Assembly: GCA_965223265.1 (NCBI GenBank)
Contig: OZ244999.1
Location: 1,376,001-1,440,000 of the forward strand
DNA: 64,000 nt
DNA from: Planctomycetota bacterium
GTDB taxonomy: Bacteria; Planctomycetota; UBA8108; SXIK01
Reading direction: 5' to 3'
In this document: positions 48,790-59,084 of the stretch, piece after piece
Position numbering within the stretch: position 1 is the stretch's first letter
Layout of the letters: every line of letters starts with the position of its first letter
Program-made: the position numbers and the translations under genes
The notes under the pieces: generated by a model
Databases searched by the model: none
The model's input: the letters and a program-made list of their open reading frames with translations, nothing else
Told to the model about the DNA's origin: nothing

Positions 48790-48854
48790 CGTTTCACTTT
48801 CGAAGACTCTGAAGGGGTGTCAATCGACCGTCGAGTGACGGCATTTCGAGGGCG

Positions 48855-51578
48855 TCAATCAACGTACAGAAACTCATTGGAACTCATCAAGGTCTGACAG
48901 AAGCTGGCGAGTGCGTAGAACTCTGGTGGTCGATCCGTCGGGTCTTTCTTTTTGTCGCTCTTCGTCTTCTCGGCGCCGGCTCGTTGCACGCGGAAGTGCT
49001 CGGTCTGCTCGGACATAAACTCGAGCGTTTCGTCGAGCTCGTCGTTCGTAGGCGTGCGCGCGAACGCCAGTTCCCAACCGCGCCGAATCTGCGCGGCGAC
49101 GTCGTTCGGTGCCTCCGCCCGGAGACGCGCGGCGAAGGTCTCGGACTGGGCGATAGCGAAGTCGCTGTTCATGAGCAGGAGCGACTGCGGCGCCACCGTC
49201 GACGAATTGCGTGCTTCGCAATTAGGTTCCATTCGCGGTGCGTCGAATGTGCGCAGGACGCTGAGCGGTCGGCTGCGACGCACTTGGATGTAGATACTGC
49301 GCCGGAACTGCTCCCCCTGCAAATCGGTCTCGGGGTCCAGCTCGCCACCGCGGCCACCTGTTCCAATCACGAACTGCCCCGACGTGTTCACGGTCACGGG
49401 AACCGGCGGCCCGAACAGCTTGCGGTTGAGCTTGCCGCTCAGGGCCAGAATGGCATCGCGGAGTGTCTCGGCTTCCAGGCGGCGGATCGATTTGTGCCAG
49501 TAGAGACGGTTCTCCGGGTCAATCGTATTGCCTACGGCTCGGCGCACCGCGAGCGGCTGAGAGGATTGGCGATACACCGAAGACGTCATGATCAGCCGGT
49601 GAAGGTGTTTCAGGCTCCAGCCGCTGTCGACGAACTCGCTGGCGAGCCAGTCGAGTAAAGCAGGGTGCGTCGGCGGTGCGCCCAGGACTCCGAAGTCAGC
49701 TGGGGTTTCGACGAGCCCGCGACCGAAGTGGTGGAGCCACACGCGATTGACGAGAACACGCGCGACGAGCGGATGGTCGCCACTCGTGAGCCAAGTGGCG
49801 TACGCCAGCCGGCGTCCGGTGCTTGAGACGGCGGGGTCGTTGACCGGAAGCTCGAGTTTGTCGTCGCGCAGCACTGAGAGCTCTGCGGGCGCGACCGCGT
49901 CGCGCGGTTGGGTGTGATCGCCGCGCGCGAAAACGCGCGTCTCCGGGATTTCGCCGGGGTTCTCGGTCAGCGCGCGAAGGAACTTCTCTGCTGGCTTGGT
50001 GCTTGCGGCCTTAGTGATCTCGGCTTGCAGCTTTTTTAGCTCATCAGCGGCCTTGCGGTCGTAGAGGTAGAGCGTGCCGTTGTTCACTTTCAGGCTCGGG
50101 TAGACGCGAAAGATCTCCTGCTGCTCTGGCGTGCGTTTGCCCTCCGGAGTCTTCCAGGCTACACGCGCTGCGGCGCGCAACGCGGCGGGAACTTTCTCGA
50201 GCTGCTTGTTGAAGGTGATTTCGATGAGTTCTCGACGCCGCTCTTCGAAGCGCCGACGCAGCGGCGCAACACTCTCCTTTTCGATTTTCTCCGCTTGGAG
50301 ACGATCGGCCGCGGTGTAAAGCGAGACGCGACGAGCAGCGGGATTGCGCCACTTCACTGGATTGTAGGCCGGTTCGAAGATGGCGCGGAAGCTGTAGTAG
50401 TCGCCCTGAGGGATCGGGTCGTAGCGGTGGTTGTGGCACTGTGCACAACCGACCGAGAGGCCGAGAAGGGAGGTGGACACAATTTTGATGGTGTCGGCGA
50501 CGACCTTGTTGCGCGCCAGATTCTGATCGACGCCTCCGGACCCCGTGCCATCGGGGGCCATGCGCAGGAAGCCGGTGGCTGTCAGTCGATCGATCTCGTC
50601 TGCCGTCAGATCGCGGTAGGGTGGCGTCACCATCTCATCGCCGGCGAGTTGTTCGCGGATGAAACGATCCCACGGCATATCCTCGTTGAGCGCGCGGATG
50701 ACATAATCGCGGTAGTGGTACGCCCACGGACGCTCGCGATCTTCGTTCGTGTAGCCTTCCGAATCGGCGTAGCCCGCGACGTCGAGCCAGTGGCGGCCCC
50801 AACGCTCGCCGTAGTGAGGAGAATCGAGCAGGCGGTCGATCAGCCGAGAGTACGCTCCCGGTGACGTGTCAACCATGAACGCCTCGACCTCCGACGGCGT
50901 CGGCGGCAGGCCCAAGAGATCGAAGAAAGCGCGCCGCACCAAGACCGTTTTCGTCGCCGCCGGTGCGAACGCAAGGTCGCTTTGCTCGAGCCGCGCGTGG
51001 ACGAACGCGTCGATCGGCGTTCGGACACGATCCGAATCGTCGACAGCCGGGAGCGTCGGGCGCTCGATCGGTTGGAACGACCAAAAGCGTCTTTCTTCGG
51101 AAGTGATTTGGAGATCCGGCGTGAGCTCGGTTGGCTCGGGGCGAAGCGTCTTGGCGCCGGTTTTGATCCAGCGAGCGAGTAGGCGAACGCTCTCCGGCGG
51201 TAGCTTCTTCTCACCCGGCGGCATTTCGCCGTCGCGCGCACGAACGTAGAGCAGGCTCCGTTCAGGATCTCCGGGAACCACGGCTGGGCCCGAGTCCCCG
51301 CCGCTCATAATCAGACGCCGCAAACGGAGGTCCAGGTTGCCTTCTACCTCTTCCTCCTCGCCGTGGCAGTGAAAACAGTTCGCTTTGAAAATCGGGCGAA
51401 CATGCTTTTCGAAGGAGAGCTGCTCGTCCGCGCGGGCCGACTCTCCGGCGCGCGAACTGGCTGCGATGAGAGTACAAACAGCTGCGGCGATCAACGACGA
51501 CGGCCAGCGTCGGTTCGGCAGAAGGCGCGGACGGCGCCAAGGCAATCTCGTTGCGTGGGCGGCCAGGTGACTCGTCAT
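48855..51578 (-). CDS. Planctomycete cytochrome c - DUF1549 - DUF1553 protein
   Basis: CFHCH and CAQCH; YGERWGRHWLDVAGYADS; ARVLVNRVWLHHFGRGLV; RRLEAETLRD; terminal NEFLYVD. The start is approximate. Confidence 0.92.
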   Translation of the reverse strand: MTSHLAAHATRLPWRRPRLLPNRRWPSSLIAAAVCTLIAASSRAGESARADEQLSFEKHVRPIFKANCFHCHGEEEEVEGNLDLRLRRLIMSGGDSGPAVVPGDPERSLLYVRARDGEMPPGEKKLPPESVRLLARWIKTGAKTLRPEPTELTPDLQITSEERRFWSFQPIERPTLPAVDDSDRVRTPIDAFVHARLEQSDLAFAPAATKTVLVRRAFFDLLGLPPTPSEVEAFMVDTSPGAYSRLIDRLLDSPHYGERWGRHWLDVAGYADSEGYTNEDRERPWAYHYRDYVIRALNEDMPWDRFIREQLAGDEMVTPPYRDLTADEIDRLTATGFLRMAPDGTGSGGVDQNLARNKVVADTIKIVSTSLLGLSVGCAQCHNHRYDPIPQGDYYSFRAIFEPAYNPVKWRNPAARRVSLYTAADRLQAEKIEKESVAPLRRRFEERRRELIEITFNKQLEKVPAALRAAARVAWKTPEGKRTPEQQEIFRVYPSLKVNNGTLYLYDRKAADELKKLQAEITKAASTKPAEKFLRALTENPGEIPETRVFARGDHTQPRDAVAPAELSVLRDDKLELPVNDPAVSSTGRRLAYATWLTSGDHPLVARVLVNRVWLHHFGRGLVETPADFGVLGAPPTHPALLDWLASEFVDSGWSLKHLHRLIMTSSVYRQSSQPLAVRRAVGNTIDPENRLYWHKSIRRLEAETLRDAILALSGKLNRKLFGPPVPVTVNTSGQFVIGTGGRGGELDPETDLQGEQFRRSIYIQVRRSRPLSVLRTFDAPRMEPNCEARNSSTVAPQSLLLMNSDFAIAQSETFAARLRAEAPNDVAAQIRRGWELAFARTPTNDELDETLEFMSEQTEHFRVQRAGAEKTKSDKKKDPTDRPPEFYALASFCQTLMSSNEFLYVD

Positions 51579-52006
51579 AGTGGACGATTGTCGATGACCG
51601 CATGAGCGTGTGCAAGCTGTGTTTGAGCTTGTCGCATTCCGTATCGCAGTACGCGGCGGCGGTGATCTGTCGGCGGGGGGAAGATCTGCTGCGTCCTCTG
51701 AGCAGGGGCTTCTACGATGGACGATCTTTGCGGAAATCGTTGCAAGAAAGCGCGCAGCGCGTCGTCCATTCGGTCGAACGGCGGTGCTTTCCACGCGAGG
51801 GGGAGGGGCGCTAGATTCGGCGATCTGCGTTCGATCAGTTGCGGTGTGCGATCGTCCAGCTCTGAGCTGAGTGTGCGCCGAGAGGTCTGCCGGACGTGTC
51901 CACGGGATCTGATTTCTACGTGGCTTTGGTGTGACGTGAACGATACGATGAACTTCGCGTTTGCCGGGCCTGAACGGGTAAATGGAGTGCTTTGGAGGGC
52001 CTTGCG

Positions 52007-52717
52007 ATGTTGCGCGTTCTAGTTTCGTCTTTCGTCGTTCTGGCTTTCGTTACGTTCACGCAGACAGCCTCGGCTCAGTCCTTGGGACGCTCGAGTGCGG
52101 TCCGGGCGAACCTTGATCTCCCGTTCAACGCCGCTCGCGACAACGCGGACGAGCAGATCACCTCTGACGTCGTGCCGTTGTTCGGAAACAGCTATGAAGC
52201 CCAAGCTGTTGTGTTTCTGGTCGGCTCTTCGAATGGGGCCACGAATCAAACGACGAAGGACCAGTTACGCTCCGCGATCGCGTCTCTCTCACCGAGGACT
52301 CGTTTCGCTGTCGTGAGCGTGGAATCCACTACTCTCCGGTCCTACCCTCCGCAATCAACGTTGGTGCCGGCGAGCGCCAGGAACAAAGTTGCGGCGAAAC
52401 AGTTCATCGAGTCGGTGCGGGAAGGCTCGGGCTCGAATCTTGTCGACGGTTTCGCTGCGAGTTTGGCACGAGCGACGAAAGAACAAGGACGGCGGCGACT
52501 GGTCATCTATGTGGGCTCAGGTCGCCGTGCGAACGGCGTCGCCGCGATGAAGTCGGCCATGGCCTCTGTGAATAGCCTGAATTCTTCGCGGGTGGCCGAG
52601 ATCCATACGGTAGCCGTCGGCAGCTACGGTCCGTGCCAGAGGAAGTTTCTCCACGACGTGGCTGAATCGCACCGCGGAACATACACTGAGCGTGGGACTC
52701 GGCGTAGCGCCGATTGA
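52007..52717 (+). CDS. Secreted VWA-domain protein with degenerate MIDAS
   Basis: GGAGG RBS and signal peptide; VVFLVGSSNG (DxSxS degenerate), SLSPRTRFAVV, IHTVAVG, FLHDVAESHRGTY. Confidence 0.75.
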   Translation: MLRVLVSSFVVLAFVTFTQTASAQSLGRSSAVRANLDLPFNAARDNADEQITSDVVPLFGNSYEAQAVVFLVGSSNGATNQTTKDQLRSAIASLSPRTRFAVVSVESTTLRSYPPQSTLVPASARNKVAAKQFIESVREGSGSNLVDGFAASLARATKEQGRRRLVIYVGSGRRANGVAAMKSAMASVNSLNSSRVAEIHTVAVGSYGPCQRKFLHDVAESHRGTYTERGTRRSAD

Positions 52718-52774
52718 GTCTGTCCTAACGCGAGACACGGCAGCGGCGAGAGGTCCGAAGCGGGCCGTTGTCAG

Positions 52775-54145
52775 TTACAACGACCACCCGTCGCGATACT
52801 CCTTGTGGACGAACGCGTTCAGCTCTGGGGCGTTTTTGACTTTCATCCGTTCGCTGTCCCACTCCAGCCGTTGACCGGGGGAGCGCTGGGCGAGGACGCC
52901 GAGTAATACGGTTTCCGTCATCGGCCCTGAGTAGCCAAAGTTGGACACGGCAGTTCCTTGTCCCTTGCAGGCGAGAAGCCACTCGTTGTGATGCCCCGGC
53001 GAGCGCGGCAGCGTCTTGGGGACGGTGCGTGCTTCCTCCATGAGCCCCGCAGGCAATAGCTGCGGCATGCCGCCGTGCGAGCCGTGATACATCTTGCCCT
53101 TGCTGCCTACGTAGAGGACGCCGTTTCCCGGCAAGCGCTGACCGTTCGACATCTCGTCTGGCGTTGGCGGCATTAGCCCGCCCTCGTACCACGTCATCTT
53201 CACTGGCGGTAGGGATCCGCGTGCCGGAAACTCGTAGTACATCAGTCCGGCGATTGGATACGACTCGAAGTTCCGTTCGCCGTCGATTTTCGCGCCGTCC
53301 GAAGTCAGCACTGCCTCGACTGTCGTTGGGGCACCTAGGTTTAAAGCCCACACCGGATGGTCGACGATGTGGCAGCCCATATCACCCATGGCACCAGTGC
53401 CGAAGTCCCACCAGCCTCGCCACTTCCTCGGGGCGTACGCTGGGTGGTACGGACGCGCCGGCGCAGGTCCGAGCCACAGGTTCCAATCGAGAGTGTTCGG
53501 AATCGGCGGCGTCTCCGCCGGGCGACTCAGTCCCTGCTTCCAGTAGGTGCCGGGGCGATCAGTCCAGACGTGAACCTCACGGACGTCCCCGATCACGCCA
53601 CCTTGAATCCACTCGTTGGTCAGGCGGGCTCCCTCGCTCGCATGACCCTGATTTCCCATCTGCGTCACGACGTTGTGTTTGGCCGCAGCGATGGTCAATT
53701 GGCGAGCTTCGTAGATCGTGTGTGTCAGTGGCTTCTCGCAGTAAACGTGCTTACCACGTCGCATTGCGTCCATCGACGCCACGGCGTGAATGTGATCCGG
53801 CGTGCCCACCGTCACCGCATCGATGTTCTTCTCTTCGCGATCGAGCATGGAGCGAAAGTCTTTGTAGACTGGGGCGCTAGAGTACTTTTTGAATGTGTTC
53901 GCGGCCCGCTCATGGTCGACGTCGCAGAGTGCGACGACGTTAGCACCCGCCTCGCCCATCCGTCTGATGTCACCACCCCCTTGTCCTCCGCACCCGATGC
54001 CCGCGACGTTGACGCGCTCACTAGGTGGCGTCTTACCAGGACCACCCAACACCGTGCTGGGGGCGATGGTGAACGAAAACGCGGAAGCTGCTGCCGTCGA
54101 TGCCAAGAATTGGCGACGGGACACGGAGCGCTTTTCTGTCGGCAT
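52775..54145 (-). CDS. Gfo/Idh/MocA family oxidoreductase, Tat-exported
   Basis: SRRQFL; GIGCGGQG; GTPDHIH; YCEKPL; TQMGNQGH; WLGPAP; GDMGCH. Confidence 0.94.
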   Translation of the reverse strand: MPTEKRSVSRRQFLASTAAASAFSFTIAPSTVLGGPGKTPPSERVNVAGIGCGGQGGGDIRRMGEAGANVVALCDVDHERAANTFKKYSSAPVYKDFRSMLDREEKNIDAVTVGTPDHIHAVASMDAMRRGKHVYCEKPLTHTIYEARQLTIAAAKHNVVTQMGNQGHASEGARLTNEWIQGGVIGDVREVHVWTDRPGTYWKQGLSRPAETPPIPNTLDWNLWLGPAPARPYHPAYAPRKWRGWWDFGTGAMGDMGCHIVDHPVWALNLGAPTTVEAVLTSDGAKIDGERNFESYPIAGLMYYEFPARGSLPPVKMTWYEGGLMPPTPDEMSNGQRLPGNGVLYVGSKGKMYHGSHGGMPQLLPAGLMEEARTVPKTLPRSPGHHNEWLLACKGQGTAVSNFGYSGPMTETVLLGVLAQRSPGQRLEWDSERMKVKNAPELNAFVHKEYRDGWSL

Positions 54146-54427
54146 GGTCAGTCCTCGAGAGGAAGATGAAGTGTCGGGGGCGCTACTGCTTGGAGGTACA
54201 TCTCACCACCACGTCGCTATCAGTGCTGGCGAATTATACTGTACAAAGATGCGCCGACTTCATCTATGACTCGAAGTCGCCGAAAGTTGGGTTTCGTCTG
54301 GGCGGCAAAGCGTGCCAGGCGGGTCACGGTCGCGACGTCAGGTGCCGTTTGTACACGAGCCGCTCGAAGTAGATTCGAAGCGGTGAGTCCCGATGTGAAC
54401 GACGCTGACCATGCCCGGCGGTCATGA

Positions 54428-55315
54428 TCAGCGCGACTTGCGCTTGATTTTCTTGGCGACGCGGGCGGCAGTCTGAGACGCCTCGAGGGGACTGAAATCC
54501 TTCTTGATCTGTCGCAAGAGTGACAGAGCCTTCTTGCGCTCTCCCTTCGACGCAAGCTCCTGTGCCTCTTTGATGCGTGCTTCGCCGAGCGCGTTCGCTC
54601 CAGACGCGATGGGGGATAGGCGTTTCATAGTGCGCTCGGAGGCATAGATTTTGTGAGTCTCGATATGCCGCAGATACTTCATCACCGTTTCGATGTTTCC
54701 GGCTTCTAGCTCTCCGCTGAGAAGCGGTAGATCTGTGTCAAGAGCAGCCGCCATTTGACGTTTGTAGCCAATCATGCGCATCGCACCGGACACAGACTTC
54801 GGACCCGCGATGGGCGCAAGGTGTAGGAGGCTGCCGTCCGGCTCGAGAAAAATCAGCGCTTTCCTGCCTTTCTTCAAGGCGTACTTCTTGGCAAGCAACG
54901 TCCCCGTCACCGAGTCGGCGTAGGTCCAGTACCAACGAAAATCGCCCAGCACCTCCTTCACAGCCTGTTGGTGGAAATAGGAGAAGTCTGTTTTCGCTAG
55001 ATTCGATTGCTCGACGCTGACCTTCTGAGGCGTGACGTAGAAGACCGCGGGGAGGAGCGGTGAGCCCTTGGGGGCACCGAGGCGTTCACCGCGCGTCACG
55101 AGGCGGTCAAAATCTGCCTGGCTCTTGACCTTGCGAGGGCTCCGCCACGGCGAGTTTTCGAACTCGACGCGGACGACGCCGCTCGATCTGGGACCCTGAC
55201 GGGGGAACTTGATCCCGTACATGGTGACTTCGCCGGCTGCGAGCTCGGGCGACACAGATGACAGAGCGGCCGCGAGCGTCAAGACGGAGGCGAGGACGAA
55301 GAAGAGACTCTTCAT
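54428..55315 (-). CDS. Secreted hypothetical protein (possible thioredoxin-like fold plus helical C-terminus)
   Basis: Signal peptide MKSLFFVLASVLTLAAA; ALIFLEPDGSLL; Lys-rich helical tail. Confidence 0.65.
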   Translation of the reverse strand: MKSLFFVLASVLTLAAALSSVSPELAAGEVTMYGIKFPRQGPRSSGVVRVEFENSPWRSPRKVKSQADFDRLVTRGERLGAPKGSPLLPAVFYVTPQKVSVEQSNLAKTDFSYFHQQAVKEVLGDFRWYWTYADSVTGTLLAKKYALKKGRKALIFLEPDGSLLHLAPIAGPKSVSGAMRMIGYKRQMAAALDTDLPLLSGELEAGNIETVMKYLRHIETHKIYASERTMKRLSPIASGANALGEARIKEAQELASKGERKKALSLLRQIKKDFSPLEASQTAARVAKKIKRKSR

Positions 55316-55580
55316 GGCTGGACCCCTAAGAACGATGGTCGTCGATGAAAGACAAAGTTCCTGTCGGGGAGCCTAAGGTCGCATCCGGGCGCTTGCAAAT
55401 GAGATTCTCGAAAACCCGCTGCACGGTCCACATCGAGACTGATTCATAAACCCAGCATAGCTTCCAGATACTCTATGCGATCGAGCGGTATTGACTCGCC
55501 ATCTATTAGCTCATAGCCTGGCCCCGATCTGGCGCAACACGTAGACGGAACGTATTCGAACCGGAGGCACGATACTCGAG

Positions 55581-56331
55581 ATGAATGAGCAGAATCCGTA
55601 CCAGGCTCCAGAGGGCGAAAGCTTAGAGCTCTCCCTTCGCCTCGGTGAAGGTGAGTTCCGAGTCGGTCGATGCCTCTCAGAGGCCTTCGAAGCCACGAAA
55701 GCGAACTTTCTTCTCCTGCTTGGGGGGTTTCTGTTGTTGTTTCTGTGCGCCATTGCCGCGGTGTTCACGATCATTGGCTACTTCGCCATCATTCCGGTGC
55801 TCTTTTGGGGAGCCATTCGTTTCTTGCTGAACGTTCTCGACGGCAACGGAAAGATCGCCGATTTGTTCGAAGGATTCTCGAACTATGTGACTGTGCTCCT
55901 TCGCATGTTGCTTTTTTTTCGTGCTGTTTGCGATCCCTGGCTTGCTGGCCCAGGGCATCGTATTTCTTGCGACGTGGCTCGAATCTATAGAATTGACGAT
56001 CATCGGTGCGATTTTCATTCTCGTGCTGAATCTTCTGATGCTGCGCCTTTATTCTTCTCCGATGTTCATCGTCGACCAAGGGGTACCTGCTCTGGAGTCG
56101 ATTAAATTGGCATGGAAGAGCACCACAGGTCTCTCTGTTCGGACGTTGCTTTTGGCGCTCGTCAGCGGCGTCATCGTTGTCGCGGGCGTACTCTGCTTGT
56201 ACGTGGGAGTGCTATTCGCTCTGCCGCTCGCCTACTTGATGTGGGTTTCCGCCTACCGGCAGATGACGACGTTGGCAGAGGAGGACGTCGAAGACATTCA
56301 CGGGGTGGACACCGTCGGGGGCGGCGAGTGA
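55581..56331 (+). pseudogene. NPY-motif membrane protein split by one extra base in a T8 run
   Basis: MNEQNPYQAP start with GGAGG RBS. The hydrophobic frame switches at T8 (55912-55919) into ORF 55921-56331. Deleting one T gives a continuous multi-TM protein. Confidence 0.7.
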
Positions 56332-56534
56332 AACGCGCTCGCACCGATCAGCCTACAGCCGATCAGCACGTCGTTTGACGACCGTAGCAAACGTTGTCGT
56401 CACTCCGGCACGATGGTCGGCCTGCGCTCAGGGCGACAAACATTTCCAAGGCGGTCGTGGAGGTTGTGGCGACCCTCGACCACTGAGCGCGGCGAGGTTC
56501 GGTCAATCCAGTCTTCTGTTATACAAGAGGTTCG

Positions 56535-58394
56535 ATGCCATTTCGCGGTAAGAGAGTTGCCTACGCCACGGCTACCGCCGGCGTTCTCATCGTCATTCTT
56601 GGCGCCGTGTTCTATCGTTCTTTCTTGGTGGAGTCGTACTCTCTTTGGAGGTTGCGCTCAAGCGACACGGAAGCTAGGGACGCTGCGGTTGAGAGGTTGG
56701 CGCGGGTCGGTACTGAGAGATCTCTCTCCGGGCTGTGGCAGGCTTTGGCTGACTCGGTTGAATCCTCTCGCGACGCGACGTTAGCACAGAAAATAGTCGG
56801 CGCTTTGAGTTCCGTTGAGGCTCGCGTTCGTACGAGGCCAGGCACGGTCCTTCTGCGGTGCTTTTGGCGTACCGACGAGCCGCTGAAGCGTCGATCGGCG
56901 GTTGTCCGTTTTTTGATGGAGTCCATGCCGGAAGCTCTCGCGCCGGTGATCGGCGCGATGATCGAGCACGTTCATGGCGCTGCTCACACCGAAGAGTATC
57001 GCACCCCATCGTCAGCGGAGCTTCGCTACAGGCGCAGACTCAACGAATTGCCGCGCGACGACGCGTTTCAGTACTCCTGCTCGGCACTGCATGACTCGGA
57101 AGACATCGCTACCATTGCAGCAGTGCTAAAGGACCTGAGAGAGGTGTCGCGATCTTTGGGGAAGGCGCCAGTAGCATTGAGACATGTCGAGCGCTTTCTT
57201 GCCGAAGAACCTTTGGCTTCCGCTGCCTATCAGGATGCATTTCTGACGAAAGCCTTTCTGCTGGACCCAACCCCTTCGAATTCCGATTTGTTTCGCGCTG
57301 CGCATTCGAAAGGGTGGAAGACGTATGGCGAAAAGGATCCTCTCTACGCCTACAAAAGAGCCTTGTTCAAGCATGATCCCGCGCAATTCCCTTCGACCTT
57401 TCTGAACCTCTCGTTGGAGGACAAGAGTGGAGAGATCTACCGAAACGTCGGGGACTATCTGACCATGTTCGCCTGCCGGCGCCTTTGGCCGGAGCGTACC
57501 CGGGCACCAGAGTTCTCAGCTATGGCGAACATCCTTCCGAGGCTAGAAGTCGAGAGTGCTACGTTGCCGGCACGACTCGCGCGGGCGATATGCTTGCTTC
57601 TTGACCGCCGCTATGGCGAGTCTCTCTCGATTCTCGAGGAGATCGAGGCCTCGCTCTCCGCATCTCGTGCGGCAAAGGAATCCGACAGGTTCGAGGACGA
57701 CGAATGGCGCAACTTGCCGCTGTATGTTGCCGCCGTTCAGCTCCTGAAGGGGGCGTCGAAGCCAGAGGTGCAGGCGCCGCTTGCGGAGTTCGCGGATCGA
57801 AATCGTCGCCGTCCGGACTTTGTCGCCCAACGGGCCATGCGGATCAGTTCGACCATCTACCGTCAGCAAGGGCACGGAGTGGACTTTCCCGTGACGAGTT
57901 TCCTCGTCGAGAGGTTTCTCACCGACGAGAGTTTCGTCCGTCAGGTGCGCAAAAGGTATCTTTGGCACGTCGTTGACGTCTTTGTCACGAGTTCTCCTTT
58001 CTCCGGTCAAGCGAAGTACCTCATCCGCAAAGACAGCACGGATTCCATAGACCCGTCGAATCACCCAGGGCGATTCGACAATCTCTTCGTAGCTGCATAC
58101 AACTACATGTTGTACCAGGCGGGGAACGACCAGAGGGGGCGAGGCGATTTGGAGCTTGCAGAGGCCACTTTCCGTCGCATGTTGGAGTTCAATCGATCTG
58201 GTAGGTGGAACCGCGTTGCACGCGCCGAGCTGGTACAAACACTGATTGCAAGTGATCGCCCGGTAGATGAAATCCTGCCGCTAACCGAACGATTGGTGGG
58301 CTACGGTCTATCCGACGAGGGATGGGAGATGCTTCTCGAGCGAGCCGCACTAATGTTTCAGAGGTATCAACAGTCCCGATCGCCGACGAGATAG
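56535..58394 (+). CDS. Membrane-anchored HEAT/TPR-like helical repeat protein
   Basis: GAGG RBS; N-terminal TM; LRSSDTEARDAAVERLARVG HEAT-like repeat; C-terminal TPR-like helices. Confidence 0.65.
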   Translation: MPFRGKRVAYATATAGVLIVILGAVFYRSFLVESYSLWRLRSSDTEARDAAVERLARVGTERSLSGLWQALADSVESSRDATLAQKIVGALSSVEARVRTRPGTVLLRCFWRTDEPLKRRSAVVRFLMESMPEALAPVIGAMIEHVHGAAHTEEYRTPSSAELRYRRRLNELPRDDAFQYSCSALHDSEDIATIAAVLKDLREVSRSLGKAPVALRHVERFLAEEPLASAAYQDAFLTKAFLLDPTPSNSDLFRAAHSKGWKTYGEKDPLYAYKRALFKHDPAQFPSTFLNLSLEDKSGEIYRNVGDYLTMFACRRLWPERTRAPEFSAMANILPRLEVESATLPARLARAICLLLDRRYGESLSILEEIEASLSASRAAKESDRFEDDEWRNLPLYVAAVQLLKGASKPEVQAPLAEFADRNRRRPDFVAQRAMRISSTIYRQQGHGVDFPVTSFLVERFLTDESFVRQVRKRYLWHVVDVFVTSSPFSGQAKYLIRKDSTDSIDPSNHPGRFDNLFVAAYNYMLYQAGNDQRGRGDLELAEATFRRMLEFNRSGRWNRVARAELVQTLIASDRPVDEILPLTERLVGYGLSDEGWEMLLERAALMFQRYQQSRSPTR

Positions 58395-58486
58395 AGCTCA
58401 ACGCGAGACATACAAAAACGTATAGTTTCGACCGCAGTTCTTGGAGAATTGGGCGGCTTCCAACGACCGCCGCGAGAAGCGTCACT

Positions 58487-59020
58487 ATGCGCGAGAACCA
58501 CGAGCGCGAGCAGTACTTCTTTGACGCACCGACGCTGGCACATCTGACCGCGTTCGTCTCGAAGTTCGCGGCGCCGTGTTGTGTCTGCGCGCCGTTTCTA
58601 GGTCGTCGTCTCTCTGAGGAAGGAGTCTCCGTCACGATTCTTGACATCGACGAGCGCTTCGCCGACCTGCCAGGATTCATGCGGTACGATATCCGCAAAC
58701 CTGTGTGGCTCGATCAAACGTTCGATCTCATCGTGTGCGATCCGCCGTTTTTCGACGTTTCCCTCTCCCAGCTTTTCTCAGCCCTGCGCACAGTGAGCCA
58801 CAATGATTTTCGGCAGCCTCTTCTCATCAGCTACCTGACGCGCCGTGAGTCCGCCCTTCTTGGCATCTTCGCGCCGTTTTCGCTGCGTAGTACCGGCTAC
58901 CGCCCGAAGTACGAGACGGTTCGCGATGATCCGAAGAATGAGATAGAGTTCTATGGCAACTTGGACGTATCCGATTCCGAGAGGCTTGCGGGGCGCATTG
59001 ACGGAAAAACCATGCCATGA
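58487..59020 (+). CDS. SAM-dependent methyltransferase of the EEF1AKMT1/ZCCHC4 (N6-adenineMlase-like) family
   Basis: EN..REQYFF, CCVCAP, ILDIDERF, RYDIRKP, FDLIVCDPPF and NEIEFYGN occur in the same order as the eukaryotic family motifs (recalled). Confidence 0.7.
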   Translation: MRENHEREQYFFDAPTLAHLTAFVSKFAAPCCVCAPFLGRRLSEEGVSVTILDIDERFADLPGFMRYDIRKPVWLDQTFDLIVCDPPFFDVSLSQLFSALRTVSHNDFRQPLLISYLTRRESALLGIFAPFSLRSTGYRPKYETVRDDPKNEIEFYGNLDVSDSERLAGRIDGKTMP

Positions 59021-59084
59021 TCGAACCACAGGGTGGACTCGTAGAGAAGCGGCAAGCCCAATGCTTTGACCAAAGGAGGTCGCG

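Noticed and set aside
55393-55415. Fur-box-like TTGCAAATGAGATTCTC
   Set aside because: It is only a partial palindrome, and no iron-uptake genes are adjacent.
58487-59020. Restriction-modification or anti-phage system based on the DPPF motif
   Set aside because: There is no nuclease or specificity gene nearby, and the protein is too short to hold a target-recognition domain.
59050-59065. GG-N10-GC sigma-54-like motif before the Rieske flavoprotein
   Set aside because: The flanks are weak and the implied start site would fall inside the RBS.
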